A stretch of 64,000 bases of DNA from an uncultured delta proteobacterium. Lineage in GTDB: Bacteria > Myxococcota_A > Polyangia > Haliangiales > Haliangiaceae. Made by a program: the position numbers and the translations under genes. The stretch spans positions 736,001-800,000 of the forward strand of contig CAWKDB010000002.1 of assembly GCA_963848295.1 (NCBI GenBank). Reading direction: 5' to 3'. The notes below the pieces were generated by a model, which did not search any database, was not told where the DNA came from, and saw only the letters and a list, made by a program, of their open reading frames with translations. Positions 40,154 through 49,176 of this stretch are shown piece after piece (the first letter of the stretch is position 1; each line of letters opens with the position of its first letter).

Positions 40154-41106
40154 CGCTCGACGACGCCGAGCTCGGCGCCGCGTTGCGGCTCCACATCAAC
40201 CCGCGAGCGTTGGCGGCGTGGGCCGGCACGAATCGGCTCAGCGCGCTCGCAGCGCGGTTACCGGCGCTCGAGGCCAGGCCGCTCGTCCCCGCCGCCGCTC
40301 CGCTCGCGCTGCTCGTCGCGGGCACCGCCGTGCCGCGCGCGCTGCTCCGCCACCTGGGCGAGGCGTTCGACGAGCTGGTCCGGCGCGGCTTGCTCGAGCT
40401 CGACGGAGATCTCGCGTCCGCGACGCTGACGTTGGCTCCGCTCGGCGACGCCCTGATGGCGTGCGATCGGCTCGACGCGCCGGACGCGAGCGACCGCGTG
40501 TGCTGGCCCGATGATTCGAGCTACCACCTCGCCGGCGCGCTGCCTCCTGGCCGGCGCGCGCGCTGGCTCGACCTCGCGACCGGATCGGGGTTCGCGCCGC
40601 TCGCCCGCCCCGAGCTCGCCGAAGCGATCGCCGGCACCGACGGCATTCCGCGCGCGACCCGGTACGCCCGACTCGGCGCCGCGCTGTCGGGTCGCGCCGA
40701 TCAGCTGGTCGTCTACGACGCCGACATCTCCGAGGCGTTCCCGATGGCGTGGCATGGCGCGTGCGACCTGGTGTCGTGCAACGCGCCGATCCCGGACGGC
40801 CATCCGTATCGCCCGCGTTGGCTGAGCGCCGAGCACGACTTCGTGACCCAGGCGTTCGCGCGTGCGGCGACGATGCTCGCCCCGACCGGCATGTTCGTGA
40901 TCCACGCCCAGCTACGGGCGTTGCGAGCCGCGATCGCGGCGGTCGACGGCGAGCGCGTCGTCGTGACGTATACCCCGGAGGGCTTGCCGGGCTTTGCAGT
41001 GGGTTGGTGGCGGCCGAGCGGCAAGGACCGGCTCGTGGTCACGCGGAGAGACCTGACCGTCGATCAGCCGCACGTGACGTTCGCGGACTACGAGGCGGCG
41101 CGATAG
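40150..41106 (+). CDS. Class I SAM-dependent methyltransferase
   Basis: WLDLATGSG motif I; DLVSCNAP; GTGA overlap with the upstream gene. Confidence 0.78.
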   Translation: MTLDDAELGAALRLHINPRALAAWAGTNRLSALAARLPALEARPLVPAAAPLALLVAGTAVPRALLRHLGEAFDELVRRGLLELDGDLASATLTLAPLGDALMACDRLDAPDASDRVCWPDDSSYHLAGALPPGRRARWLDLATGSGFAPLARPELAEAIAGTDGIPRATRYARLGAALSGRADQLVVYDADISEAFPMAWHGACDLVSCNAPIPDGHPYRPRWLSAEHDFVTQAFARAATMLAPTGMFVIHAQLRALRAAIAAVDGERVVVTYTPEGLPGFAVGWWRPSGKDRLVVTRRDLTVDQPHVTFADYEAAR

Positions 41107-41561
41107 AGATCAGATCGTGTACGAGGCGCCCGGTCGCTTGCCGCCTCGACGTTGCCGGTTCTTGTCGGGCCGCGGGAGCTCAAGTTGCCGATTGCGCTAA
41201 GATGACACAACAGCCAATCGCCTATCCACCGTCAAGGATCTCGTCAATTGATTAAGCAGATATGGTGGAATTCGTCTTGTGGTCTAGACTGGACGTGTTG
41301 CGCACACCCGGAGCCTGTGGACGATGCCGCTCGCGCGGACAGCCGCTCATGCCGCCGATCGAGGCCCTCGCCATCGACCGTCCGCGGCTGACCTCGCTCA
41401 CTTGGACGGCTGCGCCGCGATCGATCGCGATGACCACGAGGCGACCGAGGTAGCGGCGCACCCCAACCATCGTGGCGTCAGGGGCTGTTCGGATTGTGAG
41501 CGACCGGGGGCGGCGGACACTTCGAGCGCGGTCATGAGACGTCCATATCCACGAGCGCGCG

Positions 41562-42362
41562 TCACTCTCGGCTACCATCGAGCGGGCCGCGCATATGCAC
41601 GATCTCGAGATAGACGTGCGCGCCTGCGGCGAGCAACGCGGCGCGCAGCGGCTCGTCGTCCTCGACAACGACCTGGATGAATGGCCGGTCCGGCGCGAGC
41701 GCGCGCAGCAGCCCGACCAACGGCGCCCCGAGCTCGGGCGCGGTGACGCGAAACGGAAACGCACCGGGAATCGAGGCGACGAACACGCCGACGCCGACGA
41801 TCTCGGCGCCGCGGCGCAGGTGCAACACTCGGCGGCTCGGCCGCGCCCGTGCGCTCGCGAGCTGGCCGCGCAACAGGTGGAGCAAGCGTTCCGTGTGCTC
41901 GTCGTCGGCCGCGGTGGCCGCTGCGAGCGCGAGATCGGGCGCCGGTGCGACCAGCGCGACGTCGCTCGCGATGCGCAGCGTCGTCGCTCGATACGCCGCG
42001 GACATTCCGCAGCGCTCGTACAGCCCGATCGCAGCCGCGTTGTCCGGCTTGACGTTCAGGCACCACATCGTCGCGCCTTTGGCCACGAACCGCGCGCGGA
42101 GCGCGGCCATGAGGGCCTTCCCGATGCCGGTCCGCCGCAGCGTCGGGTCGGACACGACGTTGCGCGTGTACCCGACGTCGGCGAGTAGCTCGTACACCGC
42201 GTAGCCGACCACCGCGCCGCCCGGCCGCACCGCGACCAGCGTGCGCGGCAGGATCTCCGCCGCGAAGCGCTCGCGCGACGCTACCGGATCCGCGACGCCG
42301 AGCTCGGCGAACAGCCGAACGTATGCATCGTAGTCGGCGACGATCGCATCGCGGATCTGCAC
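41562..42362 (-). CDS. GNAT family N-acetyltransferase
   Basis: RRTGIGKALM, LNVKPDNAAAIGLYERCG. Confidence 0.9.
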   Translation of the reverse strand: MQIRDAIVADYDAYVRLFAELGVADPVASRERFAAEILPRTLVAVRPGGAVVGYAVYELLADVGYTRNVVSDPTLRRTGIGKALMAALRARFVAKGATMWCLNVKPDNAAAIGLYERCGMSAAYRATTLRIASDVALVAPAPDLALAAATAADDEHTERLLHLLRGQLASARARPSRRVLHLRRGAEIVGVGVFVASIPGAFPFRVTAPELGAPLVGLLRALAPDRPFIQVVVEDDEPLRAALLAAGAHVYLEIVHMRGPLDGSRE

Positions 42363-42410
42363 GCGCCGAGCTTACTCGGCTAGCGCTCTAACAGAGATCG
42401 TGTACGAGCT

Positions 42411-42438
42411 CGTGCACGTGACACGTGGCACGTGCACG
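42411..42438. promoter_or_regulatory. Near-perfect 28-bp palindrome between the divergent GNAT gene and cytochrome operon
   Basis: CGTGCACGTGACACGTGGCACGTGCACG (one mismatched pair). Confidence 0.5.
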
Positions 42439-42456
42439 GACAGGTCCACGAGCCGC

Positions 42457-43716
42457 GTGTTAGCTTCGCGCCGCGTGGGAGCCGCACGCGCCTTCGTCGT
42501 CGGACTGCTCGCGATCCTCGCGGTCGCGAGCTGCGCACCGCCGCATGTGGCCGAGGCGCCGGAGCCGCCGACCGACCCGACGCGGCTGTCGCACGAGCAG
42601 CACGCGCAGATCGCGTGCGTGCGCTGCCACGTCAACGACGACCGGCCGGGCCACGACCACCAGCCATGCGATGACGGCAAGTGCCACCGGGACGCGTTCC
42701 TCGCGCGACCCGGGGCGGTGTGCGCGGTCTGCCATACCCGGGTCACGACCCTGCCGCTCGATGCGCCGCTGCGGCCGTACCCGACCGACGACGCGTGGCA
42801 AGCCGAGCCCTCGAAGTTCTCGCACAAGCTCCACATGGACGGCAAAGCGATCGAGAGCGCGGTCGGCTTTCACGTCACGTGCGCCGACTGCCACGTCAAA
42901 GGTGACTCGCTCGCACGGCCGAACCATGCGACCTGCGCGCGCTGTCACGCGCCCGAGGCGGGCCTCGCCCACGCGCCGCGGATGGACGACTGTGCGGGCT
43001 GCCATGAACCAGGCGAGCACGAGCGCGTCCGCGCGCGGCTGATTCGCGGCGACCTGAGCTTCGCGCACGATCGTCACCGCGCCGATCGCCGGGGTCAGCC
43101 GATCCGCTGCGAGCAGTGCCATCCGCAGAGCGCGCAAGCGACCGGGTTCGCCGATCTCGTCGCGCCGCGGGTCCAGAGCTGTGTCGGCTGCCACGACGAC
43201 AGCGATCGCACACCCGAGACGATGCGGATGCGGATCTGCGAGGCGTGCCACAGCGAACGCCGATCGACGCTGACGAAGATCGCGCCGCGCAGCCACTTGC
43301 CCGCGACCGAACGGCCACTCGATCACACGCTCGCCTTCCGCCGCGATCATGAAGACGCGGCCGAGCGCGACGGCGCCCGCTGCGCGGCGTGCCACACCCA
43401 GATGTCGGGCAATCCGCGCGACATGTGCGACGAGTGCCATCAGACGATGCGACCCGCCGATCACCGGATCACGTGGCGCGAGCTCGAGCACGGCGAGGAG
43501 GCGGCGACCGACAGCCAACGCTGCGCTCGCTGCCACGTCGTCGAGTTCTGCACGGCGTGTCACTCGCAGCGACCGCGGTCGCACGGCTACGCCGGGACGT
43601 TCGTCGCCGATCACGGCCCCCTCGCGCGGGTCAACGTCCGGTCGTGCTTGACCTGCCACGACGAGCAGCGCGACTGCGTGACGTGCCACTCGTCGACGGC
43701 GCGGATGCGGCGATGA
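42457..43716 (+). CDS. Multiheme cytochrome c lipoprotein (14 CxxCH + 1 CX4CH)
   Basis: VASC lipobox; heme motifs counted directly; start codon uncertain (42400-42475). Confidence 0.92.
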   Translation: MLASRRVGAARAFVVGLLAILAVASCAPPHVAEAPEPPTDPTRLSHEQHAQIACVRCHVNDDRPGHDHQPCDDGKCHRDAFLARPGAVCAVCHTRVTTLPLDAPLRPYPTDDAWQAEPSKFSHKLHMDGKAIESAVGFHVTCADCHVKGDSLARPNHATCARCHAPEAGLAHAPRMDDCAGCHEPGEHERVRARLIRGDLSFAHDRHRADRRGQPIRCEQCHPQSAQATGFADLVAPRVQSCVGCHDDSDRTPETMRMRICEACHSERRSTLTKIAPRSHLPATERPLDHTLAFRRDHEDAAERDGARCAACHTQMSGNPRDMCDECHQTMRPADHRITWRELEHGEEAATDSQRCARCHVVEFCTACHSQRPRSHGYAGTFVADHGPLARVNVRSCLTCHDEQRDCVTCHSSTARMRR

Positions 43717-45470
43717 CCAGGGCCGTCGTGCTCGCGCTCGCGGTCCTCGCGCGGGTCGTCGCCGCCGATCCGCCCCCAACAACGACCTCGAGACCGAAGG
43801 TCCGGCTCGAGCTCGAGCGCCAGCCGCCCCACCTCGCGATGCGACCGCGCGCCGCGCAAGTCACGAGGTCGAGGGCGCCGCGACCGTCGCCGATTCCGCA
43901 GCCGCCGAAACCGCGCACCGCCGGCGTCGACGACGACGATCCGGGCGACGCGGCGCTGGTCCGCGACGTCCGCGACAAGGTCTCGGTCCGGGTCAACCTC
44001 GGTTACCAGGTCGACGGCACGACGCTGACCGGCCAGCCGACGCTCGGCGGCACGACGCCGAAGGCAGGGATGGACTACGCCACGATTCGCTCGTACGGGT
44101 TCGGCGAGGGCTATCTGTCGACTCGCGGCGTCGGCGTGTCGAGCGTGTCGTCGTATCTGTCTGGCCGATTCATGCTGACCGATCAGCTGTCGGTCAACGA
44201 TCCGAGCAATCCGTACGCGAAGGATGGCTCGGTGCCGATCGCGCCGCCGATCGCGAACTGGTTCGAGAAGTCCGGCGTGCAAGGTCGCGCCGCGTGGCTC
44301 GAGCTCAAGGACTTCCTGCCCGATCACCGGTTCGCACCGCTCCGCTTGCGCGCCGGCGAGCTCTACGTCTACGGGCCGTGGGTCATGCACATGTACGGCG
44401 CGATCACCGAATGGGACGGCAAGCTCGTCACCGCGAACGCCTACGCCGGCAGCCGCGTGCCCGACTACACGCTCGAGCTCCCGCAAGAAGATCGCGCGGC
44501 GATCGGCGGCGCGACGCTGCGCTTCGATCTGCGAGGGCTCGCGTCGCCGATCCCGATCACGGTCGGCGGCGAGTACTTGTCGTTCGCGTCATCGCAGGGC
44601 GAAGGCTCGTCGCGCCACAGCCAGCTCGACATCGATTGGCGCCCGCGCGAGAACTTCGGGATCCTCGGCCAGGTCCGCGCCGAGGAGGGCTCGTGGGCGA
44701 ACGAGCACCTCCAGATCCGCACGCGCTACAAGCAGGTGACGAACGTCGTGCTCGACGTGACGCTGCGCCAGAGCGACGATTGGCTGTGGGATCCGGCCGT
44801 GATCAAGCCCGAGAACCTCGACGACCCGACGGCGCCACGGCGCTATCTCGATCTCGGGCCGGTGTTGCCGAGAGGAGTGGCCTCGCTGCGCGCCGGTACC
44901 CTGATCGCGGAGAACGTCGACTTGCTGCTGCGCACCGCGGCCGGGATCGATCTGACGAGCTCGACCGATCCGAAGAGCAGTTACTCGTCGAGCTACGCCG
45001 AGATCGGCGGTGCGCTCGAGGTCCGGCTGCGACGAACGATCGCGGTCGGGGCGAGCGCGTTGTCGCGCCAGACCGTGCGCCACGACTTGATCTCGGCGGA
45101 GATCCCCGACGTCCCGGGCACGACGCAGCCGTTGCCCGCCGCCGACGCGATGGGCGAGCGCGGGTTCACCGAGATCGGAACGTCGGTGAAGATGTCGCTC
45201 GGTGCGCGCAAGTTCTCGGCCGTGGTCGAGGTCTACGGCCGGCGCACGCGATACGCGCTCGACTACTGCATCCCCGGGATGTGCGACACGGCCGGTGACA
45301 CCGGGCTACCGACGAGCGAGATCCACGGCGGCGGCCGGTTCACGGTCGACGCGTGGATCGGCGAGCGCCTGCGGCTATTCGCGTCGTACGACGTATCGAG
45401 CCGGCTCGACTTCGCGCCGGACATCACCGGTTACAAGAGCCTGAGGCTGATGATGGAAGGCGTCTACTAG
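43713..45470 (+). CDS. Probable outer-membrane beta-barrel (porin) between two cytochromes
   Basis: Signal peptide, Pro-rich linker, alternating beta strands, terminal aromatic residue (LMMEGVY); ATGA-coupled. Confidence 0.7.
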   Translation: MTRAVVLALAVLARVVAADPPPTTTSRPKVRLELERQPPHLAMRPRAAQVTRSRAPRPSPIPQPPKPRTAGVDDDDPGDAALVRDVRDKVSVRVNLGYQVDGTTLTGQPTLGGTTPKAGMDYATIRSYGFGEGYLSTRGVGVSSVSSYLSGRFMLTDQLSVNDPSNPYAKDGSVPIAPPIANWFEKSGVQGRAAWLELKDFLPDHRFAPLRLRAGELYVYGPWVMHMYGAITEWDGKLVTANAYAGSRVPDYTLELPQEDRAAIGGATLRFDLRGLASPIPITVGGEYLSFASSQGEGSSRHSQLDIDWRPRENFGILGQVRAEEGSWANEHLQIRTRYKQVTNVVLDVTLRQSDDWLWDPAVIKPENLDDPTAPRRYLDLGPVLPRGVASLRAGTLIAENVDLLLRTAAGIDLTSSTDPKSSYSSSYAEIGGALEVRLRRTIAVGASALSRQTVRHDLISAEIPDVPGTTQPLPAADAMGERGFTEIGTSVKMSLGARKFSAVVEVYGRRTRYALDYCIPGMCDTAGDTGLPTSEIHGGGRFTVDAWIGERLRLFASYDVSSRLDFAPDITGYKSLRLMMEGVY

Positions 45471-45471
45471 C

Positions 45472-46959
45472 GTGCGCGCGCTGGTCGCGATCATCGGGCT
45501 CGCGCTGGTCGCGGGGGTCGCGCACGCCGAGCCCCACGCGGTGGCGCTCGGCTTCGATCACAACCTGCACGATCGGGATGTCGTCGTGAGCGGCGCCGAT
45601 TCGATCGCGTGCACGAAGTGCCATGCCTCGCGCGGCAGTCGGCCCGTGCCGCCCGGACATGCCGCATGTTTCGGCGCGTGTCACGGCCCGGCGCCACGAC
45701 CGCCGGCGCGTGGCGCGAAGCTGCAACTCGACGCCGAGCGCACGAAGCTGTGCGCGAGCTGCCACGCCGAGACCGCGCTCGCCGCACCGTTCACCGGCAG
45801 GCTCGCGGTGCCGTACCCGCCTTACACGAGCGATCCCGACTTCGCGCTCGCGATCGGCCACCAGCGCCACGCCGCGATCCCGTGCACGCAGTGCCACACC
45901 CCGGGCGATCACGCGGCGCGCAAGGGCGGCGTGCACGCGCGGTGCGGGGGGTGCCACGACGGCGGCGGCGCGGCGAAGGGTCCCGTGACGAGGGGCCCGC
46001 CGATGACGAGTTGCGCGACCTGCCACACGCCGGGTGCGGGTGCGCCGCAGCCGCCCGAGCTCGCGAACCCGATCGACACGGTCACCGCGATCTTCTCGCA
46101 CGCGCGTCATGCCGCGCGCCCGGGCGGTGGAGAGTGCCTGACCTGTCACGCCGCGATCGCGGCGACCAACGACAGCTCGTTGCCGCGCCCGACCGTGAAG
46201 GACTGCGCGGGCTGCCACGACGGCAAGACCGCGTTCGCGACGACCGGCGCATGCACGAAGTGTCACGCGCAGCCGCCGAATCGGTTCGAGGTCGTCCGCC
46301 CCGAGACCCGGTTCTCGCATGCGTCGCACGAAGCGGCGCTCGCTGGAGTGGCGTGCGCGAAGTGCCACGCGCTGTCCGCCAAGGGCGAGCCGACCCCGCC
46401 GGACCACGCCGCGTGCGTGCAGTGTCATGCCGACGATTTCGGCGCTCGCCGACCGGTGACGTGCGGCGCCTGCCACAACACCACCGAGCCGTGGCGCCCT
46501 CTGCTCGCCGATCGCGGCCCGCCGCCGTCGAGTGAGTTCGGCAGCAAGATCGATCATCGCGCGCACGCGAGCCCGTGCGCGAGTTGCCACTCGTTGTCGA
46601 CCGCGACCGCGCAGCTCCGACCGCCGCGCGGCCACGCCGCGTGCACCGGCGCCGGCTGTCACGCCGTCGCGACCGGCCCCGCGCCGACGCTCGGCGACTG
46701 CACCGGCTGCCACGAGCTCGGGCTGATCGCGGCGCGCACGGCGAAGCGCGCGGCCGATCCGTGGTCGGTGCGCCGCGCGTTCGATCACGCCGCCCATCCG
46801 GCGCCGTGCGCGAGCTGCCACACCTCGCTCGGCGCGAACGTCGTCGAGCTGGCCGCCCCGGACAAAGCGAGCTGCGCGCCCTGTCACGATGGCAAGACTT
46901 CGTTCAAGCTCACCGGTACGAGCTGCACGCGATGCCACACCGGAGCGCGCCAGCCATGA
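45472..46959 (+). CDS. Periplasmic multiheme cytochrome c (16 CxxCH + CX3CH + CX4CH), c3/c7-like repeats
   Basis: Signal peptide ending AHA; F.H..H distal-His motifs; CHDGKTAF/CHDGKTSF. Confidence 0.93.
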   Translation: MRALVAIIGLALVAGVAHAEPHAVALGFDHNLHDRDVVVSGADSIACTKCHASRGSRPVPPGHAACFGACHGPAPRPPARGAKLQLDAERTKLCASCHAETALAAPFTGRLAVPYPPYTSDPDFALAIGHQRHAAIPCTQCHTPGDHAARKGGVHARCGGCHDGGGAAKGPVTRGPPMTSCATCHTPGAGAPQPPELANPIDTVTAIFSHARHAARPGGGECLTCHAAIAATNDSSLPRPTVKDCAGCHDGKTAFATTGACTKCHAQPPNRFEVVRPETRFSHASHEAALAGVACAKCHALSAKGEPTPPDHAACVQCHADDFGARRPVTCGACHNTTEPWRPLLADRGPPPSSEFGSKIDHRAHASPCASCHSLSTATAQLRPPRGHAACTGAGCHAVATGPAPTLGDCTGCHELGLIAARTAKRAADPWSVRRAFDHAAHPAPCASCHTSLGANVVELAAPDKASCAPCHDGKTSFKLTGTSCTRCHTGARQP

Positions 46960-47315
46960 CCGACGCCGCGATGCCGCGCTGGCAACGCGCGTACGTGATC
47001 GCGACCTGCGCGCTGATCGCGGGCGCGTTCGCTTACGCGATCCACGACTGGGGACGCTGGCCGCGCCTCGCCTATCTGCCGGTCACCGGCAAGCTGACGA
47101 TGTCGCCGCCGTCGGGCGCGATCGCGATGGCCTACATCGGCATGGTCGCGTGGGGCGTCGGCGGCGCAGCGTGTGGCGCGTTGCTCGGGGCCGGTTTGTG
47201 CGCGGCGATCCGCCGCCGGTTGCCAGACCTCGTGCTCCAACTACTCGGGTTGTGGGCGATCACCGCGATCGTGCTCGCCGGCAGCTACTACACCTGGAAC
47301 TTGTGGCCGTGGTGA
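46956..47315 (+). CDS. Small three-TM membrane protein at the end of the cytochrome operon
   Basis: ATGA overlap; three hydrophobic segments. Confidence 0.7.
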   Translation: MTDAAMPRWQRAYVIATCALIAGAFAYAIHDWGRWPRLAYLPVTGKLTMSPPSGAIAMAYIGMVAWGVGGAACGALLGAGLCAAIRRRLPDLVLQLLGLWAITAIVLAGSYYTWNLWPW

Positions 47316-47352
47316 TCGTGTAAGCCGCGACCCGCGCGCGCGTTGGATCGCC

Positions 47353-48120
47353 ATGATGCGCTCGCTCTCACTCGCCGCTTGCAGTGTGTTGTCGCTCGTC
47401 GCGTGCGGCGAGATGAGTGCCGCCAAGATCGCGACCGGCGCCGAGCGCCCGGGGCTCGGTACGTCGTGGGGCGAGCAAGTCGCCGCTCCGGTGTCGTTCA
47501 CACCGTTCGAGCGCGCGTCGGCTTCGCCGTTCGCGGAGCTCGCGCTGCACTACAACGATGCGGCTGGCGTCGCCGCGCACGCTGCCTATCTCGGGCCACC
47601 GAGTCCCTACCAAGGGTCCACTGGCGACGGCGCGCTGGTCGTGACGATCGTCGATGACCACGGTCGCCCGCTCCCCGGCATCGCCGCCGGCGACCGCACG
47701 CTGATCGTCGGCCAACAAGACGAGCGTTACTCGATCGTCGTGCACAACACGACGCCAGCTCGGTTCGAGGTCGTGGCGTCGGTCGACGGTCTCGACGTGA
47801 TGGACGGCCAGCCCGCCGATCCGAGCCGCCGCGGCTACATCATCGATCCGCGCGATACGCTCGTGATCGACGGATTTCGCACGTCCGAGCGCGAGGTCGC
47901 GGCGTTTCGCTTCGGCCGCGTCGCGGATTCGTACGCTGCGCAGACGACCGGCGATCGCGATGTAGGCGTGATCGGTATGGCCTTCTTTACGGAACGCGGA
48001 GCGGTCGCGCCGGCGATCGAACGGTATCCGGCACGCGGTAACGACCGAGGTGACGATATCGAGCAGCGTGACTCCGCGGATCCGTTTCCCGCGCGGGGTT
48101 TCGCCACGCCGCCGCGCTAA
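47353..48120 (+). CDS. Conserved hypothetical lipoprotein
   Basis: LVAC lipobox; RPGLGTSWGE, VASVDGLDVMDG, IDGFR...AAFRF, VGVIG.AFF.E. Confidence 0.75.
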   Translation: MMRSLSLAACSVLSLVACGEMSAAKIATGAERPGLGTSWGEQVAAPVSFTPFERASASPFAELALHYNDAAGVAAHAAYLGPPSPYQGSTGDGALVVTIVDDHGRPLPGIAAGDRTLIVGQQDERYSIVVHNTTPARFEVVASVDGLDVMDGQPADPSRRGYIIDPRDTLVIDGFRTSEREVAAFRFGRVADSYAAQTTGDRDVGVIGMAFFTERGAVAPAIERYPARGNDRGDDIEQRDSADPFPARGFATPPR

Positions 48121-48142
48121 CCGGTCGTGTTACGCTGGAGTC

Positions 48143-49057
48143 GTGCGATCGTGGCAGCTCGCGTTGCTCGCGTTCGGCGCGTGTTACTCGGCGAACCCGC
48201 CGTTTGGCGCACAGTGCGGCGCGATCGGCGACTGCCCCGAAGGTCAGGTGTGCGAGCTCGGCGCGACGAACCCGATCTGTATCGCGACCGTCACGACCGG
48301 AACGTGGGGTCCGCCGACTCAAGTCATGCTTGCCGACACCGGCGACGACGACGATCCGACGCTGACCGACGATCTGCTCATCATGTACATCAATCGCGAC
48401 GCGGACATCTACGTCACGACGCGCGCGACGGTGACCGCCCCGTGGGCGGCGCCGATGCTCGACGACCAGCTGTCATCGTCCGCGGACGAGACCACGCCGG
48501 AGATGTCGGGCGATGGCCTCGTCATGTTCCAATCGAGCGAACGCGACGGCGGGATGGGCGGCTACGACATCTGGGTCTCGACGCGCGCGACCAAGCTCGA
48601 CGCGTGGTCGGTGCCGGTCGTCGTCCCGGAGCTGTCGTCGACCGCCGACGACAACGCCTGCGCCCCGCGCGACGATCTCCTCGAGGTCGTGCAGTCCTCC
48701 GATCGCGGCGCGAGCGGCAGCAACGATCCGACCGACCTCTGGCTCTCCGATCGAACGAGCCGGACCGCAGACTGGCCCACCCCGATCCGACTCGCGATCA
48801 GCGACGGCAACGACGACGCGCCGTTTCCGACCGCGGACGGCCTCGAGCTCTACTTCGCCGACAGTCCGAACGGCAACCAGGACCTCTACGTCGCGCGCCG
48901 AGCGACCCTCGACGACGACTTCGGGCCCCCCGAGCGGATCGATGAGCTCGACACCAGCGACGACGACGATGACCCGTGGGTCTCGCCGGACGGCCACCAC
49001 ATCTTCTTCAGCCGAGCCGACTCGACCACCTCGACCATCTGGGAAAGCGAAAGGTGA
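48143..49057 (+). CDS. Lipoprotein with PD40/TolB-like beta-propeller repeats
   Basis: FGAC lipobox; repeated D.P..S.DG..L.F.S.R...DIWV..R units. Confidence 0.8.
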   Translation: MRSWQLALLAFGACYSANPPFGAQCGAIGDCPEGQVCELGATNPICIATVTTGTWGPPTQVMLADTGDDDDPTLTDDLLIMYINRDADIYVTTRATVTAPWAAPMLDDQLSSSADETTPEMSGDGLVMFQSSERDGGMGGYDIWVSTRATKLDAWSVPVVVPELSSTADDNACAPRDDLLEVVQSSDRGASGSNDPTDLWLSDRTSRTADWPTPIRLAISDGNDDAPFPTADGLELYFADSPNGNQDLYVARRATLDDDFGPPERIDELDTSDDDDDPWVSPDGHHIFFSRADSTTSTIWESER

Positions 49058-49153
49058 CGCTGTCTCTATTGTCCACTTGCGGGTCGACGCATGTCGTCTA
49101 TCTAGCCGGGTTCGTTTAGATTTCCTGGGGACGGTGTCGCTTTTGTCAACTTG
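49053..49153 (+). repeat. Repeat doublet 3 (period 74)
   Basis: GGTGACGCTGTCTCTATTGTCCACTTG (49053-49079) and GGGGACGGTGTCGCTTTTGTCAACTTG (49127-49153). Confidence 0.9.
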
Positions 49154-49176
49154 GGCGCGCGAGCTCACCTCGCGCG

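Noticed and set aside
41262..41680. Short ORFs (63 and 118 aa) as genes or lanthipeptide precursors
   Set aside because: No recognisable leader, motif or ribosome-binding site, and they are far from lanB.
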